From: Mobula hypostoma
Lineage: Eukaryota
DNA length: 64,000 nucleotides
Direction of reading: 5' to 3'
Assembly (NCBI RefSeq): GCF_963921235.1
Contig: NC_086097.1
Coordinates: 11,098,001 to 11,162,000 of the forward strand
The position numbers and the translations under genes are program-made. This document shows, piece by piece, positions 1-12,784 of this stretch (positions are counted from its first letter, which is position 1; each line of letters opens with the position of its first letter). The notes under the pieces were generated by a model. The model had not been told where the DNA came from. It saw only the letters and a list, made by a program, of their open reading frames with translations, and ran no database searches.

Positions 1-130
1 GATCCGAGGCTGGGGATCATGTGGTAGGTGGCTCTTCGTGGCACTCCATTCTTTCTGTATTCCACAGGTGCAAGACATAGGCATCTTGGGATATCTTCCA
101 ATTGCCCAAATGCAAAGCATCAACTATGGG

Positions 131-1150
131 TCATCATCATCATCAGGTGCCGTGCCCAGTTTGAGCTTTGACTGCCATGGCCCACACACTCCTGTTTCGG
201 GTCAAGTGGATCAAATCATTGATATTCATTTCCAGTTCTCTGGCTGCTGTCTCCATCATCATTTGTCTTTGTCTTCCTTTTGCTTTCTTCCCTTCAATCT
301 TTCCCATAATTACCGTGCATTCTAACTTCTCGTTCCTAATCACATGTCCAATGAAGTTACGTTGCCTTTTCATGATCTCATACATTATTTCTCTCTTTGT
401 GCTTGCTCTGTTCATGACATCCTCGTTAGATATTCATTTCGTCCATGATATTCTTTACGTCTTCCTCAAAAACCACATCTCTGCTGCTTCGATGTGTATC
501 CTCATGTTACTAGATATTGTCCAACATTCTGATCCATATAACATAACTGGATAAACGTAACATTTCAGTACTCTGAGGTCAGTTGTCATGCCTAGCTTAG
601 TATTGGTCAGTATACTCTCCATATAACCATATAACCATATAACTATTACAGCACGGAAACAGGCCATCTCAGCCCTTCTAGTCCATTCCGAACTGTTACT
701 CTCACCTAGTCCCACCGACCTGCACTCGGCCCATAACCCTCCATTCCTTTCCTGTCCATATATCTATCCAATTTAACTTTAAATGACAACATCAACACCT
801 CGTAAAGGTGTCTTTTGCCATCCCTATTCTTTTGATGCCCATGTCGCACCTGCCATCTGATGTCACCCAGCTTCCTAAGTAGCAAAAGTTCTGTACTTGT
901 TTTATGTCTTCCCTATTTATTTTCAAACTGCAGATAGGATTCTCCTTCTTTTTGGATATCACCATACATTCTGTCTTTTTGCAATTGATAGATAGACCCA
1001 TTTTTGCACTTTCTTCAACAACTGTATCAATTAAGTTTTGTAGTTCTTCCTCCGTACTTGCAATTAACACAGTGTCATCCGCATAGCTGAAATTATTGAT
1101 GTTTTCACTGCCAACTTTGATTCCCAAGATGTCTCTTATTTTATTTTGGG
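131..1150 (-). mobile_element. RTE-clade LINE, 5'-truncated 3' fragment (RT C-terminal part), split by a CR1 insertion
   Basis: ORFs 792-1214, 455-715 and 143-415 give YADDTVL, NCKKTECM, NFCYLGS, VYPVMLYGSECW, EAAEMWFLR and GKIEGKKAKGRQR, all typical RTE ORF motifs. (TCA)n tail near 131-144. Confidence 0.9.
619..797 (-). mobile_element. CR1 LINE 3' end inserted into the RTE element
   Basis: (CCATATAA)n tail and CR1-type 3' UTR. Removing it rejoins the RTE frame DTFTR|MESILTN. Confidence 0.8.
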
Positions 1151-1390
1151 TGCATCTCCAAACTTCACTGCAGTTACTAGTTATAGAATCATAGTGCACT
1201 ACTCTACAGCCCATCTAGTCCATGCTGAACTGTTATTCTGCCTAGTTTTTATTTGACTCATTCCTGGACCATAGATGTCCATGCCCTTCCTTTCCATGTA
1301 CTTGCCCAAATTTCTCTTCAGTGCTCCAATCAATGCAGATTAATTCTGACAGTACATCCCAAGTACATAACCTCCACCACCAAGATGTTC

Positions 1391-1682
1391 GGGCACCACG
1401 GTCGCGTAGCAGTTAGCCCGACGCCATTACAGCTTAGGGTGCCAGAGTCTGGAGTTCAATTCCTGCGCTCTCTGTAAGGAGTTAGTATGTCCTACCCGTG
1501 GAATGCATGGGTTTTCCCCGGATGCTCCGGTTTCCTCCCGCAGTCCAGAGACTGGATAGGTTAATTTGTCATTGTAAATTGTCCCATGATGGGATTAATG
1601 TTAAATCAGGGTTGTCGAGGATTACTGAGCAGTGTGGGTCGAAGGGCCAGAGGGCCTGTTCCACGCTGTAGTGATAAATAAG
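1391..1682 (+). mobile_element. tRNA-derived V-domain SINE (HE1-like)
   Basis: A/B-box-like head (GGTCGCGTAGCAGTTAG, GGAGTTCAATTCC), V-domain GGGTTTTCCCCGGATGCTCCGGTTTCCTCCC and AATA tail. Further copies near 2385, 12235, 14338, 22295, 37025, 37645, 41905, 43285, 51555, 55030, 61840, 62165 and 63608. Confidence 0.85.
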
Positions 1683-2129
1683 ATGGACAAAGGGTATTGG
1701 ACACTAGAGGGCACTGTCATTTTCAGGTTCTTCTGGAACTGGAAGCAATCCTGACCTGGAATTACATTGCTGGTTCTATATCCACCAGAAGAGGACCTTT
1801 AGCAGGCACACAAAGGTTTCAGAATGAGGTTCACCACCACTAAATAGGGATGGACAATAAATAGAATTTAAAAGTGAACATATCTCTGTCCCCTGTGAAT
1901 GTACAGCTAGACACCTAACTCATTGACCTCTGAGACTTGCGGATTTTATGAGATTGGAGATCATTTGAATTATTTAGAAATTGCATTGATTTAGTTCTTT
2001 AATTATAATCTTCTCTGAACTGATCCCTAATGTCTGAGTGAATTCAATTTGGACAGTTCACTCCTGGGATACAACAGAGCAAAATAGAGTTTGCTAGTTC
2101 AGATGAAATGCTTTAAAAGCTATAGTCAT

Positions 2130-2912
2130 TTTGACTTTGTGCAACCTGGTATGGAGACACCAATGTCCAGGAATAAAAAAGGCTACAAAAGATACAGTCC
2201 AGTCCAACACAGGCAAAGTCCTCCCCACCTTTGAACTAATCTACATGGAGTGCTGCCACAAGAAAGCAACATCCATCATCAAAGACCCCACCATCTAGGC
2301 CAGGCTCTTTTCTCACTCCTGCCAATGGCAGGAGGCACAGAAGCCTTAGGTCCCACACCACCAGGTTAAAGAACCATTACTTATTTATTTATTTTTATTT
2401 ATTGAGATACAGCACGGAACAGGCCCTTCCCGACCTTCGAACCATGCCTCCCAGCGACCCCCAATTTAACACTAGCCTAATCAAGCGACAACCTACAATG
2501 ACCAATTACCAACCGGTACGTCATTGGATTGTGGGAAGAAACCAGAGCACCCAGAGGAAACCCACACAGTCACATGGAGAGCATACAAACTCCTTACAGT
2601 CAGTGGCGAGAGGTTTTATTTTCCTACAACCACCAAACTTCTTAATCGGCATAGATAGCTTCAATCATAGCTACTCAGTACTGATTCTACAATCTACAGA
2701 TTCACTTTCAAGGACATTTTGCAACACAAGTTACCAGTATTTGCACAATTAGTCTTCTTTTGCACATTGGTTGTTTGCCAGTCTGCGTTTATGTATAGTG
2801 TTTTGTAAATTCTGTGTTTTCACTTTTCCTGTAAATGTTTGCAAGAAAATTAATCTCAAGGTAGTATATGTAACATATATGTACTCTGATAATAAATTTA
2901 CTTTGAACTTTC
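2130..2912 (+). mobile_element. Rex1/Babar-type LINE 3' fragment with a nested minus-strand V-SINE (~2381-2605)
   Basis: Decayed 'KKATSIIKDP...SLLP...RSHTTRLKN' coding remnant. Same 3' UTR and (TTTGAAC)n tail as many other copies in the window. Confidence 0.75.
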
Positions 2913-3293
2913 TGAACTAAATGTGATTCAAATGAGTAAGCTGTAGTTTTCCTTCTTGACCAGCAGATGTCAGTAAAAGACCATGGTAATTATGTGGGTT
3001 TCCCCCATTTATTTAATCCAATAGATTTTAATAGTAATCTCACATGAGTATTTATTAAGGATACCAAGCAGCATTATTTGAATATAGATCATAAAAATAA
3101 AAGCCAAAGTTCCATGAAAATTTCTGAAGGTATCTGTTTATTTTGTCTTGCATTGGGTTAGAGAGTAAAAATTCTGTGGGCAATGCAATATACATGGTAC
3201 TCAGATGCTGTACTGGAAGAGTTTATTTAAGAGAATAAGAGTTAAGATTTCTTCCTTTGCATTTTTGTTGGTGTTTAAAGAGATAATTTGGGG

Positions 3294-3543
3294 TGATTCT
3301 TCTTGCTTTGTAACTTCAAAACATTAAACTAGTTAGAAGAACAAGGAAACGAGAGATGTGAGTCATAGTTTGCTCTTTACTTTATGCGAGGTGTGTACAT
3401 ATCACGTGATGCTGGAATGCCATATGCAATTCACGCATTTTTACATATAACCTGTAGTGAGTTATTTAAATGAACAAGAATGCTTAAATAACAACGTATT
3501 TACAGAAGTACTCAAACATTACTGTAAGATTAAATACACATCA
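3294..3543. mobile_element. Possible short solo LTR
   Basis: ~250 bp segment bounded by TG...CA. No clear TSD, so the call rests on resemblance only. Confidence 0.3.
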
Positions 3544-4569
3544 TTTCTCATTGAATCAGAAGCTCATGCAGTCTTTGATCTAGCATGCCCATGATGGCCA
3601 CTCGACTGCACAAGATGGAGAAGCTGTGGGAGAGGTGAGGGAGGATCTAATTAGAAGAGGCTGAGTGATAAGGTGTAAGCTTGTGTCCCAATCTCAATAT
3701 GGGTTATGGATTGGAGAAGGCAAAAAGGAAAGGGAGATACGGTCAAGGGTCTGGTCCTGAATTATTACTCAGGCCCCTGTCTTTCAGGCAGACTCACAGC
3801 CCAGGAATAGAATATTGTTACTTGAGTCCGCTGTGCATGAGATGCACCAATTTGATATCTTATTTCTAGAACTGAATTAAGAATTAACAATTATTAATAA
3901 AGTATAAGAAATGTTTAGTTACTAACTGATTGTCTTTCTACATTTCTAATAAAGTCAAGAGAAGAAGCAATATTATTTTCTCTTCACTAAACTATTAACG
4001 TTGAACCAGAGGGGATAACTTCACTCACTCTAACACTGAATTGTTCCCACAACCTATGGACTCACTCTGAAGGACTCTTTGTCTCATGTTCTCAGTGTTT
4101 GTTGTTTACTTATTTATTATTATTATTATTTATCTCTTTTTATTTGCAAAGTTTGCAGTCTTTTTCACATTGGTTGCCCATCATATTGCGTTCACCTTTC
4201 CATTGGTTCTTTTCTGTTTCTTTGCATTGACTGTGAATACCTGCAAGAAAATGAATCTCAGGTAGTACATGATGACATATACTGTATGTAGTTTGGTAAT
4301 GAATTTACTTTGAACTTTGAAGATTGGTTTCACAGTATGAATGCTATCTAGTGCACTACCAACCTTTGCCAAAGGGTGGCAAACATTTGCTATTGTATAA
4401 TAGTGAGCTAGTGACCTCAAATGGTAGAAATAAATATTTCAACTAACTTATGACAGAATTGTAAATGTACTACATAGTCGACATTTTGGGTTGTGGTCCT
4501 TCATCACATATGTGAACTGGAGGAATCTCATCCTCGATTCTTCTCAGACAGGAGTTGATATGTTTCATC

Positions 4570-5122
4570 ACCAACCTCTCAAAACACCATCACTATGGAT
4601 ATAAGTACTGTAAGTGTCACTGGACACTAGTCGTTAAGGCATGTCACCATGTTTTCCTTAGGCACTGGTATAAGTGAAAGCTGCTTGAAGCAGGTAGGTA
4701 TCTCAGTCTACCAAAGCAAGAGGTTAAATATCTCAGTGAACGTTCCAGTCAGCTGATCAGCGCAGGTCTTTAGTTCTCGGCCAAGTACCCCATCTGGGCG
4801 GGATGCTTTCCATGAGTTCACCCTCCTGAAGTTTGCTCACACGTTGGCCTGAGACTGAAATCACAGGGTTATTGGGGGCTGTACGAGTTTGTGATGCTTC
4901 AGTTATGTTTTGATCGTCAAAGCAAGCATAGTAAGCATTGAGCTCATCTGGAAGTGAAGTCCTGTTGACATCTGTGTACTTGCTTTCACTTTGTAAGAGG
5001 TGATAACTTTCAAGGCCTGCCATAGCTGTTGAGCACCCATCATTGATTCAAGTTTAGTGCAGAATTGCCACTTCACCTATGAGACGGCTTTCCGGAGATC
5101 ATACCTGGACCTTTCTTGTAAT
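4570..5122 (-). mobile_element. Rex1/Babar LINE internal fragment
   Basis: ORF 4757-5023 contains SLPDELNAYYACF, typical of the region just upstream of Rex1 RT. Confidence 0.7.
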
Positions 5123-5194
5123 TTGTACTGTGATAGTTTCTGCAGTTTACTTTATTGGCTTTATGTGATGGTTATTGAACATTGTGCATAGCAT

Positions 5195-7222
5195 ACACAA
5201 GAGAGATTCCACACATGCTGGAAATCCAGAGCAACGTGTACTAAATGGCAATGGAACTCAGCAGGTCAAGCAGCATCTATGGAAAGGAGTAAACAGTTGG
5301 TGTTTTGGGCTGAGATCTTGCATCAGGACTGGAAAGGAAGGGGGAAGAAGCCAGGATAAGAAGGTGAGGAGAAGGGAAGGAGGAAAAGGTAGAAGGTGAT
5401 ATGTAAAGCCAGGTGAGGGTGGAGTGGTGATAAAGTACGAGGATAGCAACTGATTGGTGGAAAAGGTAAAGGGCTATAGAAGGAAGAATCTAATAGGGGA
5501 GGAGAGTGGACCATGGAAGAAAGGGAAGGAGGAGGGCCAACAGGGGCAGGTGACAAGCAGGTGAGCAAAAGAGAAGAGGAAAGAGGGGAGCCAGAATGTG
5601 GAATTGAAGAAGACAGAAGGGGGAAGGAAGAAAAAAATGACTGGAAGTTGGAAAAATTGATGTTCATCCTATCAAGTTAGAGGCTACCCAGATGGAATAT
5701 GGGGTGTTCAAAGTTTAAAATTTCAAGTAAATTTATTATCAAAGTATATATGTATATATACACACACACACACACACGTCACTATATAGAACTCTGAGAT
5801 TCATTTTCTTGAGAGAATACTCAGTAAATTCAATAACCATAGTAGAATCAATGAAAGACCCCACCAAAAGTGTGGTCAACCATTGTGCAAAAGACAGCAA
5901 ACTGTGAAAATACAAAAAGAAAGAAAAAATAAATAATAATAATAAGAAGAAATAAGAAATACATATCAGGAAGATGAGTTGAAGAGTCCTTGAAAATAAG
6001 TCTATAGATTGTGGGAACATTTCAGTGATGGAGCGAATGAAGTTAAGTGAGGTTGTCCCCTTTGAAAACACTATGTACGTTCGAATGCAGTTAGATTAAC
6101 ACTTCCATGGACAGAAGGAGGAAGAGGAATAACAGACAAAAAAAAATTACAGCCAGTTAATGCAAGACAACTGCTAAGGATATATTTCCATCTATGAAAT
6201 CAGGATTCAGCACTAAATGCAAGCACATACAATTCTGATAAGATGTGCACGTCACTAAATTTAAATGAAGGCACAACCCAGAAAGATGAAAAAAATTAAC
6301 ACAATAGAGAAACTGGAAGAGCATGACCCACCATGGAAGACATCCCCATGATCTGAGCAGACTAGATATTGACAAGGAAGTGTCAAATCCCTCGCTCAGA
6401 GGGGAAGACTTCTTCCTAGAAACAGAGGGGTACCTTGTGAGAATACAGGACCAGGCGATTAACACAAAAAATTATCAAAAATGCATAATAAAAGATCAAC
6501 AATTTCAAGATTGTAAATATAGAAAATGCCAAGAGGAACCAGAAACCATCCAACACATTATGGGATCCTGCAGCAGTTTAACTCAATCTGATTACTTACA
6601 CAGGCACAATCAAATGAGAACAACTTACTTAATAGATATAGCCATTCCAAACAATCAAAACATAGAAACTGAAAAGTGAAAAACACCAGAAACATGCTGA
6701 ATTAAAAGAGGAAATTGAAAGACTATGGAACATGAACAGGGTATACATTGTCCCAATAGTAATATCTACAACTAGTATCATCCCAAAATCACGATGCAAA
6801 ATCATCGAACAATTAGGTCTACACAGGAATATTTATATAAATATCCAGAAAGCCACAATACTAAACACCACTAGAACAGTCCAAAAGTTCCTAGCAATTG
6901 AGAAATGCGTGTGCTTGGCCAAGCTTGTACCTTAGGTTTTACTAGCTGGAGCTTAGAAAAAAATAAAAATAAAAATAATAATAAATAAATAGCAATAAGT
7001 ATTGAGAACATGAGATGAGGAGTCCTTGAAAGTGAGTCCATAGGTTGTGGGAACTGTTCAGTGATGGGGCGAGAGAAGTTGAGTGAAGTTTTCCCTTCTG
7101 GTTCAAGAGCCTGATAGTTGCGGGGTAGTAACTGTTCCTGAATCTGGTGGTATGAGCCTGGGTGGTGTTTCTCCTTCACCCTGAGAGTGGCCTCATCATT
7201 GCAGTAGAAAAGGCAAAGCACA
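5195..7222 (-). mobile_element. Penelope-like element 3' fragment (5195-5708 plus 7164-7222) split by a Rex1/R4 composite insertion
   Basis: GIY-YIG C-terminal remnant (GSL..DRMNINFSNF). The two halves join into the sequence seen in other copies. GGTGTT is duplicated at 5703-5708 and 7164-7169. Confidence 0.75.
6120..6955 (+). mobile_element. R4/Dong (Rex6-like) non-LTR retrotransposon 3' fragment: CCHC-type zinc knuckle and restriction-like endonuclease
   Basis: ORFs 6323-6679 and 6732-6935 give ETEGYLVRIQDQAINTKNY, RKCQEEPETIQHIMGSC, DYLHRHNQ, YLIDIAIP, IVPIVISTT and IQKATILNTTRTVQKFL. Confidence 0.8.
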
Positions 7223-8150
7223 TTGCATGAGGACTTGATTATTCATTGTGTTCCATTAGATTTATAAATCATATTTGATTTGATCTCTGTATTGAAATTG
7301 CATGCAGCTTTTCATGGAGTTTCTATCCCCTTTTTCATTATATTTATGCAGTTTCTTTTATTGGTTGTTCACGGTCTCTTTCTTTATCTATATTAATAAG
7401 ATTTGTATCATCAACAGGGCACATGTGTGCTGTCAATTCCTAGAACTGACAACACTTTTTTCATATGGTTCAAATGTGGATTTTTTAAAACTTGTGTGGT
7501 ATGTTTCAGTGGGCTTATATGGAGAATTTCATGGGATTTGTATGGTGCATTTAGTTAGATTTGTACACTGTATTTGATTAGGTCTGCATGGTGTGCTTTA
7601 CTGTATATTGCATCATGTTTTGTTCAATTTGTATGGTGTGTTTCATTAGATTATTACATTGCATGTTATCAGATTTGAGCATTGCAATTTAATTCATGGT
7701 GTCTTAAATTCTATTGGTCCTAACTGGCATATTCACTGCACTTTATCAACACTCCCAGTAACCCACCCCAGAACAACCCACACGACCACTACTTTATCAC
7801 TTCCTGTCAGTCACCTTACGCACAGACACTCCTGTGCCTAGCGTCACTTTATGGACATACAATCAATCTGTATATGCAAACTATTTTATGTATTTATATT
7901 TATTGTGCTTTTATTATTATTGTGTTCTTTATCATTTTTTTTGTGCTGCGTTGGATCCAGAGTAGCAATTGTTTCGTTCTCCTTTACGCTTGTGTACATT
8001 GAACAATCTTGAATTTGTGTGGTTTACCCTTTGGGTTGTATTTGGCCACTTTTAAAAGATAGCCTGAGTGCATTTTGGTGCTTTTTCGTAGTTGTAAAGG
8101 ATTTACATTGTGCATTGTTCTGATTCAATTGCCGCTTTACATTTGAGGCA
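7222..8150. repeat. Degenerate ~23-bp tandem array (consensus ~AGATTTGTATGGTGTGTTTCATT), interrupted by a Rex1 fragment at ~7745-8012
   Basis: Consecutive units at 7535-7700 include gatttgtatggtgcatttagtt, agatttgtacactgtatttgatt, aggtctgcatggtgtgctttact and caatttgtatggtgtgtttcatt. Confidence 0.65.
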
Positions 8151-9324
8151 TGAGGTTTTAGATTTGAAATTCCATGAGGTTTCCACTGATCTTTCTCCAT
8201 GAGCCCCCAGGGAAACCAAATTAACATCTGGAAATGATGTTTCCTGGAATAGCCATCCAACTTTCCACTGCCTTTATGGCAGGAGACCAGTGCAATTCTG
8301 CAGGATTACAAGAATCAATGTTGAAATGATATTTCCATTGAATGTGCATGTCCTGTTTAAAGAAGCATTCATATCATGGCTTCCACATCCATTGTAAAGA
8401 GTTTTAAAAAGGAGCACGAGCGGGAAGCCTGCCCCTCATACTCTCTTCACCACTCAGTAAGACCATAGCCAAGGCTGTGCCACACATCCCAATTTCCATC
8501 CATGGACATTGTCATGTTTTTTCCAATGTCCAAAACTTCACTGAACTCAGCTTTCAGTATTCCCAGTCATCAAGGATCAGTAAGCCCCTGGGATAAGACA
8601 TCCAGAGCCCTCATGCTAAGGAATTTCTTCACCCCTCAGTCCCAGACGAGGAGCTGCTTGTCTTGCGACTGTGACAGTCTAAATAAAAGTAAGCAATCCT
8701 TCCTATGTGAATACATTCCATCCCACTCGCCCAACCAACCTCTGCCCTTTCACGAGCACTTCATATCCTCCTTACTATCCAAACTGTGCACAGCAAGGTC
8801 CCACTACAGTAGTCCAGTATTGACCAGCTAATCAGATTTTATCATTTTAAGTATTGGGGTTAAACTCTTCTGCCTTTCGTTTGCAACGATGTATGAACTC
8901 CACTGTCTCCACATCATAACCGAGCAGGCAGGGTTGAGTTTAATATCTCACTGGAGAGGCAGAAGCTTCAGTCAGGAAGCACTGGCCTACTTCTGCAATG
9001 GATCATCGAATTGTCATCGTAAAGTTTTACCACGGAATCTGAATCAGAATCACATTTATTATCTTGCACAAATGTCACGAAATTTATTGTTCTGGGATAG
9101 CAAGACAGTGCAAATAACTAAAATATACTATAAATTACAGTAAGAAATATGTACAAAAATAAATTAAACAACTAGTGCAGAACAAGAACCAAAAGCAAAT
9201 AGTGAGGTAGTGTATGGACCACACAGAAATTTGATGACAGAGAGGAAGAAGCTGTTCCTAAAACACTGAGTGTGTCTTCAGACTCCTGTACCTCCCCCCC
9301 CCCCCCCCCCGATGTACTGGAATG

Positions 9325-10030
9325 GATGCAACACACACAAAATGTTGGAGGCCAGGTAGCATCTATGGAAAAGAGTATAGTCGGTGTTTCGGGCTGAGAC
9401 CCTTTGTCAGGACTGAAGAAATTAAGAGGAGTCAGAGTAAGAAGCTGGGGGAGGGGAGGGGAGGGGAGGAAGAGACACAAGGTGATAGGTAAAACCAGGA
9501 GGGGTGAAGTAAAGAGTGGAAAGTTGATTAGTGAAAGAGATACAGGGCTGGAGAAGGGGGAATCTATTAGGAGAGGACAGAAGGGCATGGAAGAAAGAAA
9601 AGAGGGAGGAGCACCAGAGGAAGCTGATGGGTAGGTAAGGAGATGAGGTGAGAGCAGGAAATGGGAATGGAGAATGGTGAAGGATGCGGAGACATTACTG
9701 GAAGTTTGAGAAATCAACGTTCATGCCATCGGGTTGGAGGCTACTCAGACGGAATATAAGGTATCACTCCTCCAACCCGAGTGAGGTCTCATTGTGACAG
9801 CAGAGGAGGCCATGGACTGACATGTCAAAATGGTAATGGGAAGTGGAATTAAAATGGGTGTCCTCTGGGAGATCCTGATTTCTCTGGCGGACGGAGTGGA
9901 GGTGCTCGGCGAAGTGGACTCCCAATCTACGTTGGGTCTCACCGATATACAGAAGGCCACATTAGGAGCACCAATTACAGTAGGTAGCCCCAACAAGCTC
10001 ACATGTGAAGCATCACCTCACCTGGAAGGA
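9325..10030 (-). mobile_element. Penelope-like element fragment: GIY-YIG endonuclease remnant, pyrimidine-rich 3' region and hammerhead-bearing terminus
   Basis: Minus strand reads GLLYIGETQRRLGVHFAEHLHSVRQ...HFNS...MSVHGLLCCHNE...YLIFRLSSLQPDGMNVDFSNF, the PLE GIY-YIG signature. Confidence 0.85.
9378..9415 (-). ncRNA. Degenerate minimal type I hammerhead ribozyme motif
   Basis: CAGTC-CTGACAA-AGGGTCTCAGCCC-GAAAC-ACC-GACTA, with core substitutions relative to the window consensus. Confidence 0.6.
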
Positions 10031-10537
10031 TTGGAGGTAGTGCAAAAAGAGAGCAAGGAAACAGAAAAAAGTAGTGAGGTAGAGTAGATGGGTTCATTGC
10101 CCTTTCAGAAATCTGACGGCAGAGGGGAAGAAGCTGTTCCTGAAACATGAAGACTCCTGTACTTCCTCCTTGATGGTAGCAATGAGCAGGGGGCACATGC
10201 TGGGCAATGGGGCTCCTGTAGAGCGGGACGTAGAAGCTCCAAGTACAAGATGCTGAGGCCACACCTGGAGTTTTGCATTCAGTTTGTTTTCTCTGATGTT
10301 GGAAAGACATCATTAAGCTGGAAAGAGAGAAAATAAAATTCATAAGGACTCAAGATGTTGAGCTACAGGGAGGTGTCTGGTCGACAAGGACTTTATTCTT
10401 GTAGCATAGGAAATTGAGCACTGACATTATAGGGGTCTATAAATGGATGGAGAGCATAGATAGAGTGTATGTACACAGTCTTTTTCCCAGGGAAAGAGAA
10501 TCAAACACTAGAGGTTTTAGAGGTTATAGGTTGTGGG

Positions 10538-11380
10538 TGTTACGTACCCCGTAACTGGGTTGCCAAACCAGCAGAAATGGATCACTCAGTTGGAGTCTGG
10601 AGTACCAGAACTAAGAAAGTTTTATTAAAGAAACAAGCAACACAGTAATCGAAAGGATAATAAATGCAACAGTTCAGCGATGATAAACACACGTGCACAG
10701 AATTAAGATAACAGCATCAATCAAGCTCTATCGTTGTCTAGGGGTAAATGACCAAATTTCAAAGTGACTCAAAGTTCAGTTCACAGTAATCGTTGCCATG
10801 GCGATGGACAACGTGGGGGGAAGAGAGAGATAGAACAGGAACAACTGATCATTCAGATCGGCTTCACTCACAGACCAGCGAGATTTCTCACAAGCAACTT
10901 TTGGGCGGGTCCTTGGTGATGTCACCTGAGGTCACCGACTGTGACCCCTCCTCCAGATGTGGTCGATCCTCTGCAGTGAACCCGGCACCCAGGCAAGGGC
11001 GGACACATACCGGGTTCCCGCTGATCGTACCTTTCCACCCTGGGCGTTGTCTGGTACTTCTCACCCACTCGTGAGAGGCGCACCGCTTCCAGGGTCTCGT
11101 TACCTCGGGTGGCGTGTGTGTCTGTCTTAGCGAACCTGTCCCTTTTTATCCCCCTGCTGGGGTATCGCCTGTCCATCACTTCAAACAGTTCAGGGTTCAA
11201 AGGGGGGGAGCCACTCCAGACAGCTCTCTCTCCCCCGTTCCTTCATTACACATCTCCAGACGCTGCTCCATTGTTCCTTATCTCTCCTTCCCCTGAGGGC
11301 AGGTGGCAGACCACTTGCTGATGTCACTGATGCTAACCCAGGCCAGCAAACATCTTAATTTTATGTGTATTCTCGTAACA
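10538..11380 (-). mobile_element. Solo LTR (843 bp), Gypsy-like or ERV-like, with 4-bp TSD
   Basis: Termini TGTTACG...CGTAACA. TGGG duplicated at 10534-10537 and 11381-11384. Minus-strand AATAAA near 10621. The flanks rejoin a Rex1 3' UTR. CpG-rich. Confidence 0.9.
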
Positions 11381-11384
11381 TGGG

Positions 11385-12065
11385 GCATTTCAATGTTAGG
11401 GCAAGTGAAGTTAGGTGAAGTTTTTCCCCTTTGGTTCCAAAGTCTCATGGTTGAGGGGTAATACCTGTTCCTTAACCTGGTGGTGTGAATCCTGAGGATC
11501 CTGTACCTTCTTCCTGATGACAGCAGCAAGAAGGGAGCATGTCCTGGGCGGTGATGGATGCTGCTTTCCTGTGACAACACTCCATGTAGATCACAGGTAA
11601 TGGACTGGGCTGTATCCATTATTTTTGTAGGATTTTCTGTTCAAGGGCATTGGTGTTTCCATACCAGGCTCTGATGAGGCCAGTTAATGTACTCTGCACC
11701 ACCCATCTATAGAAGTTGGTTAAATTTTTAGAGGTCACACCCAATCTTCACAATCTCCTAAAGAAGTAGAGGCGTTGCCACACTTTCTCTGTAGTTGCAC
11801 TTACGTGCCAAACCCAGGAGGGGATCTCTGAAATGAAAACACTGAGGAATTTGGAGCTGCTGACCTCACCACCTCTTATCCTCCCATGGCTCATGGGCTT
11901 CCGGTTTCCATCCTCCTGAATTCAGTAATCAGCTCCTTGGTCTTGCTGACATTGAGTAAGAGATTGCTGTTGTAGCACCACTCAGCCAGATTTCCAGTCT
12001 CCCTTCCGTACGCTGATTCATCAACACCTTTGATCGGCCTATGACAATCAGCAAACTTGAATGTG
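11385..12065 (-). mobile_element. Rex1/Babar LINE 3' fragment
   Basis: ORF 11891-12157 (FKFAD...WCYNSNLLLNVSKTKELITEFRR) and ORF 11278-11619 (SSGRRYRILRIHTTRLRNRYYP). Confidence 0.85.
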
Positions 12066-12784
12066 GCACCTGCAGCATTCACAGTCCATTCACCGACATC
12101 TCCTAAAGATAATATTTTGCCTTTTTTTAAAAACATGCATTGACCTTGCGCTGTCACTCCTGTCCTTTAATCTTTACTGTCTTCCATCCTATCAAAGACA
12201 CGTACCTCCTGTTTGTGTTCCTCTCCCAACATTAAGGGTGGCATGGTAATGTAGCAGTTGGTGTAGTGTTACTACTGCACCATCAACCCTTGCTCAATTC
12301 CACCATTGCCAGTAAGGAGTTTGTATCATCTCTGTATGACCACATGGCTTTCCTCTCGGTGCTCCAATTAACTCTCAGATTCAAACGACACGGGTTAGTA
12401 GGTTTATTGCTCATGTGGGTGTAGTTGGGCAGTTTGAGCTTGCTGGGGTGGAAGGGCCTGGAACTCTAAATAATTTATCCTGTGTCGGGCTTTTTCCATT
12501 AAGGTTCAGTGAGACTTGAACTAGAAGTCATGAATTAAGGGTGAAAGGTGAAAAATTTAGGGGGAGCATGAGAGGGAACTTCTTGATTCGGAGGGTGGTG
12601 AGAGTGTGGAACGAGCTGCCACTGGAAGTAGTGGACGTGAATTTGATTTCAACATTCAAGAAAAATTTGCAAGAGTACATGGATGGGAGGGATTTGGAGG
12701 GCTGTGGTCTGTGTGCAACTCGATGGGACTATGCAGATTAATAGTTTGGCACAAGCTGGATGAGCTGAAGTGCCTGTTTCTAAG

